This document shows, in pieces, positions 12,901 through 18,379 of a stretch of 64,000 nt of DNA (position 1 is the first letter of the stretch; each line of letters begins with the position of its first letter). Source of the stretch: a virus; the IMG/VR virus record IMGVR_UViG_3300034108_000503, positions 8,272 through 72,271 of that record. One strand, 5' to 3'. Both the position numbers and the translations under genes were made by a program. The notes under the pieces are model-generated. The model made no database searches. It worked only from the letters and a program-made list of their open reading frames with translations, and was not told where the DNA came from.

Positions 12901-15645
12901 GCTGCTGCCATGAAGATGGGGCGGGATGCCTACAATGACCCTGATTCGTTTGATAAACTGATCACCGACTCCGCAATCGACCGGATCAAGCTGCTGAAGT
13001 ACAAGCTGATGCCGCTGGGTGATGCGCTCATTCAGGCTCAGAATGAATACCAGATTGCCGAGAAACTCCGGAGGGCTGGCAAGCCGGACACATCTGGAAT
13101 CAAATGGCGCACGTCCATCGGGAACAATCAGAAGCAGAGCTTCATTGAAGCGCTCAACTCGGACTTCCAGAAGAACCTGGACTTCATCCTCGGTGCGCCA
13201 GTCAGCGGATCCGGCGGCAAGGGAGTAGCCGATAGCTGGCAGAAGCTGAACGATGAGATCCTGATGCATCGCGACAACATTCCGGCGTACATGCGGAAGT
13301 TTTGGGGAGAGACTGAGTCTCCGATTCAGCGGATCACCCAGACGATCACGAAGCAGGCATCGCTGATTGCCGACTCGGTGTTCCGCGAAAGGATCGCCAG
13401 CCTCGGACTGGAAGAGGGGTGGGCCGTGAAGAAGGAGGACTACGACAGTAACCCAAACAAGTACCCAGGCTACAAGCGAATCATCGAGGGCGACGAAGGC
13501 TACGAGGACAATCCTCTGGCTGACCTCTACGTTGACGGCAACATCTACAACTCGCTGGAGATCCGCAGGTCCGGCAATCAACCATCCAACGATGCATTCA
13601 AGTTCATCGGATACTGGGTTGGTGCTGCTCTCTGGAATGCGACATCCGGTTTGATGCGTGGTGCTGTCCGGAACCTTGCGTCCTTCCCGGCATGGGGAAT
13701 GAACTCTGGTCAGAACCTTGCCAACCCGATCACCATGGCGCGTGTGATGTCCAACTTCGGTATCGCATCCGGAGCAATCGCTGAACACCTTGCCACCGTG
13801 CCAAGAGTGAAGGGTGGAACCGAAGGCGAATTTGTCGGTTTGAGGTGGAGCAAGAACCTGATCGGCACTGCGCTTCAGGCATACTCATTCACTGGTCCTG
13901 GGTCGAAGATCTTCGGAGGAATCTCCGGTATCCTCGGATCAATCTCCAATGTGACTGGCAGGGCGGAAAAGGAATCAGACCGCAAGGCGTTCCAGGATCT
14001 GTACACCAGGGCAGTCAATGTCGGTGTTGCTGACAACAACATTGAACGGAACGACATGGCAAGACTCCTCGGGTACGAGGACGAACTCACCCGCAGACCA
14101 ATCACTGGAGGCAAACTTGCCCGCTTCCTGCCATCGTGGATGCGCCCTGATGACATGCAGGGTGCATTGGATTACCTCGTACAGACAGCCAAGTCCACGG
14201 CAGGGAACCGTACCGAGTACTACTCATCGATGGACTCGCTGACCAAGATCACGTTCTGGCTCAGTGAGATGGAGGAGCAGGCGAAGATCCACGCCAAGGA
14301 CAAGGCTCAGTTCAATGAGTGGCGCGGAGAGAACGGCATGTTCCAGAACCTTCCGAAGGAGCTTCAGATCAAGGCCGCGAACAACATCAATGACACCATC
14401 CAGTCTGACTCTCGGGTTCTGGAAGGCGTGAACCAGTTCCGTAAAGCCGGATGGGGTAAGATCCTCTCTCCGTTCCTTGCGTCGAAGACCGAATTCATCC
14501 GCACTGCCCAGAATTCCTACCGGATTGCGCTGGATGAAATGAAGAACGGTGTGAACAAGAAGGAGAAAGCCAGGGGCGCAAGGCGTCTGGTTGCTGCGCT
14601 GACTGGTCACATCGGATACTCTGCTGTCGCATCGTTCCTTGCGGTCACCGTCATGCGGATGGTTGGTGGCGGGGACGATGAGGAGAAGGAAGGCGTGACG
14701 CTCGACGGTTCGCAGATTGATTCGCTCCGGAAACTGCTGCCAGAGTGGGCGCAGAATAAGGTGCTGGCTGGACGAGCATACGCCAATGGCGAGATCGACT
14801 GGGCTGACGTTTCCTTCCAGCTTCCGTTTGGATGGATGAACGAAATCTTCATCTCCGGACAGAAGGCAATCGACAAGAGCAACGCGGAAGACATCCTCGC
14901 TGCCGAGGTCACGATGCAGATCGTGTCTGACTTCATCGGCAACTTTGCCTCCAGGCAGATTGCAGTTGAGGCTGCATCCAATGCTCTTTCTGGCTTCGAC
15001 CGGATCCGGAACAAGACGATCTGGGAAAAGGACGACAGTGTCTACGTCAAGATCGCTAAGGGGATCAAGTACTACTTGAATTCCGCAGGGTATCCCGGTG
15101 ACGTTCGTGATGCCATCAAGATGTACAAGGCTGCATACGGGATCGAGGAGAATGGCAGCAAGTACAAGATGGATGCAGTCCTCCTGTCCATGCTCACTGG
15201 TCAGAGCATCCGCACCCAGAAGATCGACGAGATGTACCTCTCTCAGATGCGGCAAGCCCAGGATGATCTGCGTATCGTGAACCGATCCCTCTACCAGTCG
15301 GCTCTCCGGGATGCCAACAACGTGGAGCCTGAAGATGTCGCAGCCGACACGAAACTCGCCATGACCCGCCACGCCGAAACCATGCGTGAACTCGGGCAGA
15401 TGTTCTCCTCGGCAACAAGCCTGCTGGAGACTGGCGGCATGGCTCCAATGGATGCCAGAAAGAAGATCCTTGCGATCATGCGAAGCGAGAAGGTCAAACT
15501 CAGCCAGCGTGATGAGCGGGCAATCGCCAACCAGTACATCCCGCCATGGCGAGGATCAGATGTCACCGAGAGGGAAATCCGCAGGCTCGACCGCAAGCAT
15601 AACGACGGTCGCTTTGAGGCTTACCTTGACGCGATCCGCAGGTAA
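922..15645 (+). CDS. Giant 4907-aa polyvalent virion/ejection protein (DarB-like architecture): PSBD-like domain, SF2 helicase, zincin peptidases, ART-like domain, LPD23
   Basis: Walker A SSEPGSGKT (~6151-6177), DEGH (~6370), SATP, ATMAKGGTGLSLHD and QRSARYG helicase motifs; HELVH (7996), HEFWH (9931), HEIQH (11119); DAEYMSAVEGGD...WHGT...VIPLSQRFNPQSPDIRFS ART-associated module; EEIRAVTGWFPGKYDGKMRWEVPD (LPD23-like); Gly/Ala-rich hydrophobic N-terminal helices. Confidence 0.85.
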   Translation: MESIDGTGLPSQPQTQPQAPKKWSEIEQESLIYSLPPEQRMPIFDQWVKDTQNYQLQAGGFDNPESFQKFKLKELQTRRRLSSEIGADPTPEEVNADYDNYVNIISSEQQRLAAKAPDEKAYKDVIDGNRGAAFVGGQIVFNPKVTKDPTAYRKALAESDAPDDIKLIYAGKRDEEDKKSVVTRRNELASRVITPKVADKVVSAIQEGNEILGFDVGTPQSPAIVKDKAGTWSVVDPDYVNWDESIVGGIATKVLPAANAQYKPMPELNEFQKKYGLTDEEIQTDYLEALKRSAPTSISRWVTNADSLEDYVPVLNSKVRVLDPDVKPKVFVPNADLAFDKEAYDAVVDKAKAPDEAKALAKETRTQIAESIAAPTFDLLLRNRDDFAPYAKDAKDPQAKVAAVSRYYKDKKDQAWYNDIGEFFSQGIGGIGTGLTRLVNLANVVPAMFGDVEAAERAAAVQKAENEKAQAAEMVGSRMGAPTTIKLTRDVAAVLPDLAAQIVISMATGGLGASAAAGSLAARTGVSYTAARGAISAAMANAERGAVRAAVSRIPSIAAGSVDDLADAAIATAKQMSSKNPLKGGLGLQQAVSAATAGMSSMGGTFPEVYSQLRNEGMAPAKALDAARNAAAISGAITGLITYGFSAAGAGGAEDIGTMSQRKAGDFTVRDLVAAGLPDVLRSEYGKQAVIKTARGILGKAGSEGLEEGLDQFIGGISQYLTNPSAEAQDKKVSDIIQESLYAGALGFIVGGGAAVGGQIRQTAGGLTAAQIEAEMAGLTGAPPAPPAPATPPPPVAPAAAPPAAGSTPPAPAAPGAAAVPPSPAPPPAGAATVVSPTGTTTVSTAAPSTVVSAQPPGATRLATRLASQFGVDITTVTPSGANNTVTPNDIRNAARQKQLAEAEQNGVAPPEELPLPPPPPNPLLSEAVGMQIQYEGYEGTLIDDEGRPALQTPDGTVIDIPATFLADEAVNALGITVTGDAAQDRAEVLRMYGETEGEALQIIFGGITTDTDSVVDMAELGVSLLQRKGRKTIRVQNTPEFARMARGITDEQILLAEEQITQAIETTRTQTGIPDDLKQKITAKLEGDLNILSLFIESRDSWQNGLVPRDIGVPSETRQATAASQAPAQQTNPAAVNAASVAAAVSQVPGASITGAALQQAANTAPPVPVEVPPAPAQQPVEAAPAATPAAPTVVEEPAAEAKAVTRDATKPEQMTKDELSAFRKSEAIKTAKDDLSKAKDGTDNPYAFGFKSKAALVRAREDALQKATSEDQDPDVFGTVIEAANQKRPIFAGLIDSLSDVDRTISPGPMGEPGGVVRSARKQLIDSIEEKGYVKEGDLYVFKGESETASVKATEEPAVEAPVEATVETKPTEAPVAPVEAATEPVVEPAAPKEEAPATAPKAEAPVEEPKAAVDIEFVEGDAAEDADIVFMVYSANNYYTLWFKQKSKDKTARPVYVKNLPSNEKDAFSEAKQYASKIASTGKIPQAFVGKIDVYKFNTVGLIDKVVEREKLSTPVSRNLGDSEIRYGEYAGKTINQLLSGEEKEFDYVFSNLIKTNFFSSYIASLPEFEIFKQKQKEKAKQVVTSESKAALKKVGLNVSINEESGEIQISGKTFAWREKLSSVKGKFNYEDKFYSVTPEGYRQLAEEIGGIKVSDGGYERGIPAYVTDERYRRLRREREQDPDRSGLPSAPGQYVSVGTQDLLRKGEESGMPSFVIEEQIEDVALIKRAYTEGKPLFLLSSEPGSGKTYVLGAAIRELIAAGAKKINYITLNENLIEQIKADLAEYGIQDVSFYTYDSIKKKDVGESDVLIFDEGHAIKNIGKGTGRAKKGENLIRRSKFTLVSSATPFENPLEVEYLDAAGVFDDKNEFPEGFDDFVLAFGGYVFSVTDSRGNTVSKLEFARSKGSNEDLMQAREFFRKRGMLTTRRTKLDSSMVDVQQKKVPADKYYVDIFNAINKAKEDKQLTVYARQWFVNFQKRLLEASKIDSAIGEARNAIDEGRYPIIFVETKQAKDFDIDKLVKDEFEYQRTVARAKMMDDSPPPRSAFDLPPEGVVDVFEEAVKSFKIKNISIPSINDKIISAFGKETVAFFTGDFTDLQAKKNLSEWRKGTKKLLVATMAKGGTGLSLHDKSGDHPTTQINVNLPWSATQFTQVAQRSARYGLRSKAKMMWLFTDEIDFDRKLANLVGGRIQSMSALVGGKESKIGETLEEWNIADTTDSERKDVKPTEKPAETADGSPDPNATDDLSVSRSTGLPYTPGEARKAGVTRIASDLGLVNGNQESVFSALEKISKSGNRRHRKVAKDLLKVLQGTDVTVQMISVDPSKNGWFDPATGTVYLNLDGPHETGIVETLLHELVHAGTERAISNPVTPAQKALVDSLQKQMDSARKAAADLIKSKLGKDVDLTNWRGLVNAARMLNDYDFFDVVYGLSSLSEFATHATTSKAFQKFLSGVGKDGKPLGLFDRFVRVIAKYFTGQTDIATDVYNDIISLIGSADKGSVRMPNINREKFGGLVGKPASESRGVTPQMDAEYMSAVEGGDTKTAQRLVDQAAKAAGYNGDLWHGTKSEKIGELSFDESNEGFHIGTKKAAAERLKYINKTLPEMRQSKDNLIKVSIKGNYLTVPDVGYGYLVDWIGAAQDALPVEGQEIDDPFDVTQEQFTEWLMKNGYSGLRYVNEIENAGSTSYAVFDFGSVKSTEPIIKDDAGNVIPLSQRFNPQSPDIRFSESRGIIDQQLALYAPDLKVFVEPGVKDPIAYNGIGLVINEEAVSEMDEDDVRLQTQRAALASRFAADNPLAADVIQKPDLLFPALMGDSVRAGVARSLMDASRFAADNGMQPLAMDLGTKADAFGATGIMLSEARGVPPDGVRRFDLVDAVRAAKAGEASTPFVALNEAINANTELTRRIRAESERRKAPYARGKGAILQQIITAGNSGRLPKEAIKPITDFVNSVSEKALEDTRISLSVKPKSSTFDFTESLVTLALNGLGSSPNEIDRTAVHEFWHGLSRFIPDEEIEKMRVDYVKFVKKYIAKNPWFVPFIGRTHLNEDQYDDFSRMLSKEEMDSIPWKEWETLDNGKRVRGIKWDKENYRLFRLDEWVVETMADLVRRKQERPTTVLGKMARLIRDFIDTLKQALGDPYLRALDAMTIPDEAFNAVIERDGPIENNPPVMYGGVAEGMNNQFVLGMYAGEKSLENMPEERRAFMQDSLNSARAMAAAGKTSEEIRAVTGWFPGKYDGKMRWEVPDNEAELRLSEYRQKRKDGSSQEDIVREFFQAKQQSAMELALKKAYNLKGKDLIDFSRRFDSEKKKENLGVYSFYLNEENRSRGRIPLSYILKHDQLFDLYPELRFMPVSFNADDMEASPFAIGAFNSSFNGISLNPIYAFENEQDALSTVLHEIQHAIQKTEDFAKGASPDSYLFADVAYKDWLLRAELVQLSDEMNKPLSEAVEMYKPFPQDYESLQSALKAYNSDNDFKDSVSVNIKYWKPRGSVNMFDAYTNTAGEIEARDVQARQALTPEQRAAVAPYSSENIAPEDAIVSYSTARGYTPAPGTYVAVPSSGWMAATGWIASKFRSRGNLTQAGLEVTIMNEQEKKAAANAARFLGNNLGKQIEKVFGRTEKDTKNFRVFTTDASGKPSFTRPYASRAEADAFAAKMGYTDFMVATPEELMNIALGNSMPSLTPKQEEELEAIRERGIAAVQAKTDKLTEQYLRDNAALIEKIRKSGGTAAELDKLKDNREIFQKEMLKYNDSLKALFEEKYKEVNRKFMLENKEKFLSLQANAKMFLPDSILNEIEEARAAIDGRSREIAGIDYLMKDGMMRIVFSAQEGIYVTRAYEAFEAKNREDYVNFLNEAYRSTVEGEMVGGKPLKYREVARERITPLVNVLTGKIIEKRAKDIIAEQNADMVSDLRDEMRIMDEKSMYKKDRKDKEMDMYLYLSDEYILVRAKNEVKRRRAQYRREFIRGIANYLVSNPALLSLPAGAGKKEIRAAAMKMGRDAYNDPDSFDKLITDSAIDRIKLLKYKLMPLGDALIQAQNEYQIAEKLRRAGKPDTSGIKWRTSIGNNQKQSFIEALNSDFQKNLDFILGAPVSGSGGKGVADSWQKLNDEILMHRDNIPAYMRKFWGETESPIQRITQTITKQASLIADSVFRERIASLGLEEGWAVKKEDYDSNPNKYPGYKRIIEGDEGYEDNPLADLYVDGNIYNSLEIRRSGNQPSNDAFKFIGYWVGAALWNATSGLMRGAVRNLASFPAWGMNSGQNLANPITMARVMSNFGIASGAIAEHLATVPRVKGGTEGEFVGLRWSKNLIGTALQAYSFTGPGSKIFGGISGILGSISNVTGRAEKESDRKAFQDLYTRAVNVGVADNNIERNDMARLLGYEDELTRRPITGGKLARFLPSWMRPDDMQGALDYLVQTAKSTAGNRTEYYSSMDSLTKITFWLSEMEEQAKIHAKDKAQFNEWRGENGMFQNLPKELQIKAANNINDTIQSDSRVLEGVNQFRKAGWGKILSPFLASKTEFIRTAQNSYRIALDEMKNGVNKKEKARGARRLVAALTGHIGYSAVASFLAVTVMRMVGGGDDEEKEGVTLDGSQIDSLRKLLPEWAQNKVLAGRAYANGEIDWADVSFQLPFGWMNEIFISGQKAIDKSNAEDILAAEVTMQIVSDFIGNFASRQIAVEAASNALSGFDRIRNKTIWEKDDSVYVKIAKGIKYYLNSAGYPGDVRDAIKMYKAAYGIEENGSKYKMDAVLLSMLTGQSIRTQKIDEMYLSQMRQAQDDLRIVNRSLYQSALRDANNVEPEDVAADTKLAMTRHAETMRELGQMFSSATSLLETGGMAPMDARKKILAIMRSEKVKLSQRDERAIANQYIPPWRGSDVTEREIRRLDRKHNDGRFEAYLDAIRR
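8491..9122 (+). repeat. Exact 14-bp direct repeat TCCGAATCCAGAGG (8491-8504, 9109-9122) flanking the ART-like domain
   Basis: Read directly; both copies encode SESRG in frame. Confidence 0.85.
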
Positions 15646-15660
15646 TTGTAATCCGGATTC

Positions 15661-16170
15661 ATGACCACCATCGACATCACAAAAGATACGCCAGAGATGG
15701 CGATCATCAACGCAACCATCACTGCCGTGGCGCAGTACGTTGGAACCAAGCACCAGATCCCGCTGACCTCAGTGGTATCCGGCATGAGCATGGGGAACCA
15801 TATCATCCCGGCAGTGCAGGTTTCTCTGGCTGCACACCAGGATCGCATGCTTCAAGCCGCCAAGGCTGCGTCTGACGCTGCTCAGTACATTGCGCCTCCG
15901 GTTACTCAGCCACCACCGCAGCCTGCTCCTGCGCCAATTCCTGCGCGTCCTGAGCCTGTTCAGGAACTTCCGCCGCATCCGGTGTATGGAATGGCTGGAG
16001 CCACACTGGTCACCACTGGCAGGCCGGAAGCTATCCCCTCGGCGTTCACCCCGGCACCGGAGTATTCGCCGCCACCCCCTGCTCCAGCGCAACCAGCGCC
16101 AGTTCCGGTCGCGGAAGAGCAGGCTCCCGCTCCAGCGAAGAAGCGTGGCAGACCGAAGAAGACAGCCTGA
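15661..16170 (+). CDS. Pro-rich hypothetical protein with C-terminal AT-hook-like motif (KKRGRPKK)
   Basis: ORF follows the giant gene in the same orientation; RGRP core at the C-terminus. Confidence 0.65.
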   Translation: MTTIDITKDTPEMAIINATITAVAQYVGTKHQIPLTSVVSGMSMGNHIIPAVQVSLAAHQDRMLQAAKAASDAAQYIAPPVTQPPPQPAPAPIPARPEPVQELPPHPVYGMAGATLVTTGRPEAIPSAFTPAPEYSPPPPAPAQPAPVPVAEEQAPAPAKKRGRPKKTA

Positions 16171-16190
16171 ACCACCAGAAACACCAAAGG

Positions 16191-16231
16191 CAAACCCCCA
16201 GCCGACCGAGATGGTTGACTGGGGGTTTGTT
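16191..16231. terminator. Hairpin terminator at the convergence of the + and - gene blocks
   Basis: CAAACCCCCAG (16191-16201) pairs with CTGGGGGTTTG (16219-16229). Confidence 0.7.
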
Positions 16232-16324
16232 GCTGAATCCGTGGATTGCGGACCATTCAGCGGTGATCCTATGAACAAACAGCACTGGGAACCAAATACA
16301 AAACCCAGCACATCTCGCAAGCTC

Positions 16325-16597
16325 TCACGGTTTACTTCTGTCCGACCATTCTTCTGACTTCTTCTTTCTCTTTTTCTTCTTACGCTTCTTCGCTGGTCCT
16401 GTCGAGAGATTTCTTTTCACTCTCGCACAGGCGCACCAGGGAACCAGTTTCACTGATTTGTCATCCAGCATTACCAGTCTGACCTCATGAGGTTCAGCAG
16501 GATACTGGACTTTGTCGGTGACTCCGAGCCTCCCGGATTCGCCATCAACAGCGACAAGGACATGAACCACGACCCCTGTGTCCGGTCGCCTGTCCAT
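16325..16597 (-). CDS. Hypothetical protein with Lys-rich C-terminus (start uncertain)
   Basis: Last ORF of the minus-strand operon; KKRKKKKRKKK tail. Confidence 0.45.
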   Translation of the reverse strand: MDRRPDTGVVVHVLVAVDGESGRLGVTDKVQYPAEPHEVRLVMLDDKSVKLVPWCACARVKRNLSTGPAKKRKKKKRKKKSEEWSDRSKP

Positions 16598-16616
16598 GCA
16601 CCTTGCCAGTTCTTCT

Positions 16617-16889
16617 TTACGTCTCACGGGATGCAGCTTCCCCGGCGAGCGCAAAATACGCTGCACCGTCCTCGTAGTTGTCCGCCTTGAATTGACCCTG
16701 GCGGGACCGGACCATCTTCAGTATGCCCATGAACAACCATCCGTCTTCGTGGGTGAGGGAGTGTCCTGTCAGCGTATTGAACATATCAACAGTCTTTTCA
16801 ATGGACCGCTCGCCATCTGGAGCGTCGTACTGTTCCGCCCGGTCCTTCATGTGACCAACGGCATTCTCAAGAATCTCAATTGCATTCAT
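16617..16889 (-). CDS. DUF6378-like phage protein
   Basis: DRAEQY...GWLFMGILKMVRSRQG...DNYEDGAAYFAL pattern. Confidence 0.7.
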   Translation of the reverse strand: MNAIEILENAVGHMKDRAEQYDAPDGERSIEKTVDMFNTLTGHSLTHEDGWLFMGILKMVRSRQGQFKADNYEDGAAYFALAGEAASRET

Positions 16890-16897
16890 AGTTTTGA

Positions 16898-17290
16898 TCA
16901 GAATTCGATTTCATCTTCATCGCCACGGCCCGGTGACCAGTCCCCGGAAGGCTGCGGACCACGGCTCTTTTGCGGAAGCGGTTTCTGGTGGCGCTGCTTC
17001 TGCTTCGGCGCACCAGTGTCGATGCGCCACGCTGTCAGATTGTTGTAGACCACTCCGGTATTTGCGTTCCGATGTCCGCGAACATTGAAGTGAACCGTGA
17101 CTTCGTCCCCGGCTTCAAGGTTCTCAAGCTGCGACACACGGTCGCCAATCAACTCAAACCGAAGGGTCTGGTCGTACTTTCCGTCATTGAAGTCGATGAC
17201 GAAGTCCTGCTTGGTGAGCTTTCCGAATTGCTTCTCAGGGTGAATCTCAGCGATCTTGCCGCTGACTTGGAATCCATTTGATGTAGCCAT
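16898..17290 (-). CDS. DUF3127-family OB-fold protein (SSB-like)
   Basis: KQDFVI...YDQTLRFEL...GDEVTVHFNVRG...YNNLTAWRI and an acidic tail DEDEIEF; start placed at MATSN. Confidence 0.75.
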   Translation of the reverse strand: MATSNGFQVSGKIAEIHPEKQFGKLTKQDFVIDFNDGKYDQTLRFELIGDRVSQLENLEAGDEVTVHFNVRGHRNANTGVVYNNLTAWRIDTGAPKQKQRHQKPLPQKSRGPQPSGDWSPGRGDEDEIEF

Positions 17291-17318
17291 GTTGTTTTTT
17301 ATGTGTGATCTTTTTTGG

Positions 17319-17528
17319 TTACGCGCACCACCTGCAAAATTCAATATCAAATGCTTTGAGTACGGCTTTGGCTTTTGCTGCCAATGATTTATCGGTGACG
17401 GCACAGAGATGTTTCACGAAATCCTTAAGCAATTCGTCCTCAAGAAAATGAGCCATCTCATCATCCACTTTACTTGATGCATATTGTTTGATTTCTTTGA
17501 CGCGATTTCTGATTTCTTCAATGGTCAT
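17319..17528 (-). CDS. Hypothetical protein (AT-rich)
   Basis: ORF packed in the operon; DDEMAHFLED motif. Confidence 0.6.
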   Translation of the reverse strand: MTIEEIRNRVKEIKQYASSKVDDEMAHFLEDELLKDFVKHLCAVTDKSLAAKAKAVLKAFDIEFCRWCA

Positions 17529-17532
17529 ATTT

Positions 17533-17760
17533 TTATTTCAGGTGATCTTTGACGGTAGTAACCGCTCCATGCAGAGCAAGTTCAATATCCTTGAATGGTC
17601 TCTGTAGTTTTCTGTTTTCGTAGAACATGACGAAGAAGTCTTCGATGACTTCCATGTCCGAGGTGAATTCATCAATCACTTCTTTGTCCCACTGCTTATG
17701 CTTGCATGTGGGATCATTAAGGATTTTCTCGGCAATGGCGATGAATTCGTGAACTTCCAT
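17533..17760 (-). CDS. Hypothetical protein
   Basis: ORF packed in the operon. Confidence 0.55.
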   Translation of the reverse strand: MEVHEFIAIAEKILNDPTCKHKQWDKEVIDEFTSDMEVIEDFFVMFYENRKLQRPFKDIELALHGAVTTVKDHLK

Positions 17761-17766
17761 GGTATG

Positions 17767-17886
17767 TTACTGGCAGCTTTCGCAGTCTGGGTTGTCCATT
17801 GAGCAGGCAGGTCCAAGGGTGATGTCCCCGAAGTCGTCTTCGGGATCTGACTCAGGCTGATTATCGGTCTGTTGGTTTGGTTCCAT
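17767..17886 (-). CDS. 39-aa acidic peptide resembling the ribonucleotide reductase alpha C-terminal tail
   Basis: MEPNQQTDNQPESDPEDDFGDITLGPACSMDNPDCESCQ*; fills the gap between neighbouring genes. Confidence 0.6.
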   Translation of the reverse strand: MEPNQQTDNQPESDPEDDFGDITLGPACSMDNPDCESCQ

Positions 17887-18076
17887 CTTCTTTGTGGGTG
17901 ATAACGAAAATCGGTTCGCCGTTCTCATCGGCCCGGTACTCGGCAATGCCATTGCGAATCAGGACGGCCCTGTAGTGCTTCAGTTGGTCGTTCTGGGGGC
18001 TTGTGGCTGTGCAGAGAAAACCACCAACAAAGCCAATACCAGAGAAAAACAATCCAATAAGAAACTTATCATTCAT
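17861..18076 (-). CDS. Small membrane-anchored hypothetical protein
   Basis: N-terminal hydrophobic helix FLIGLFFSGIGFVGGFLC; ATGA overlap with the upstream gene. Confidence 0.6.
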   Translation of the reverse strand: MNDKFLIGLFFSGIGFVGGFLCTATSPQNDQLKHYRAVLIRNGIAEYRADENGEPIFVITHKEDGTKPTDR

Positions 18077-18312
18077 GGTCTTGATTTCTGTCCTTTCACT
18101 CGCTTCCCGCCCCACTGAGGCTGGCACTTGTACAGCTTCCGCATTTTACGGATCGCGTGATAGCCCCACTCAAGCTCCCCGAACTCAGGATCCTTGACCA
18201 TCTCAGCGATCACTTCGTTGTGGGTCTTCTCGCCGCAGAGCAGCACGAACTTCTTCCGAAGATCCTCCCTGTGCTTGAGGTGATGACCGAGTGTGTCCTT
18301 GGTGAGTTCCAT
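18073..18312 (-). CDS. Hypothetical protein
   Basis: ORF with A/C-rich leader; coupled to the next gene. Confidence 0.55.
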   Translation of the reverse strand: MELTKDTLGHHLKHREDLRKKFVLLCGEKTHNEVIAEMVKDPEFGELEWGYHAIRKMRKLYKCQPQWGGKRVKGQKSRP

Positions 18313-18352
18313 TGTTGCTGGTGGTTATGATTGATGTGGATTCAACGCAACA

Positions 18353-18366
18353 TACGCAATCATGTA
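18353..18366. promoter_or_regulatory. Conserved box TACGCAA-N4-GTA (TACGCAATCATGTA)
   Basis: One of six exact copies found in the window; intergenic. Confidence 0.65.
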
Positions 18367-18379
18367 CAAAGCGCCATGA

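Noticed and set aside
12406-15372. Long antisense ORFs (460 aa and 382 aa) opposite the giant gene
   Set aside because: Shadow frames produced by biased codon usage of the sense gene; no recognisable motifs.
922-15645. Giant protein as an N4- or crAss-like virion RNA polymerase
   Set aside because: No polymerase catalytic motifs recognised; the motifs present are helicase, peptidase, ART and LPD types.
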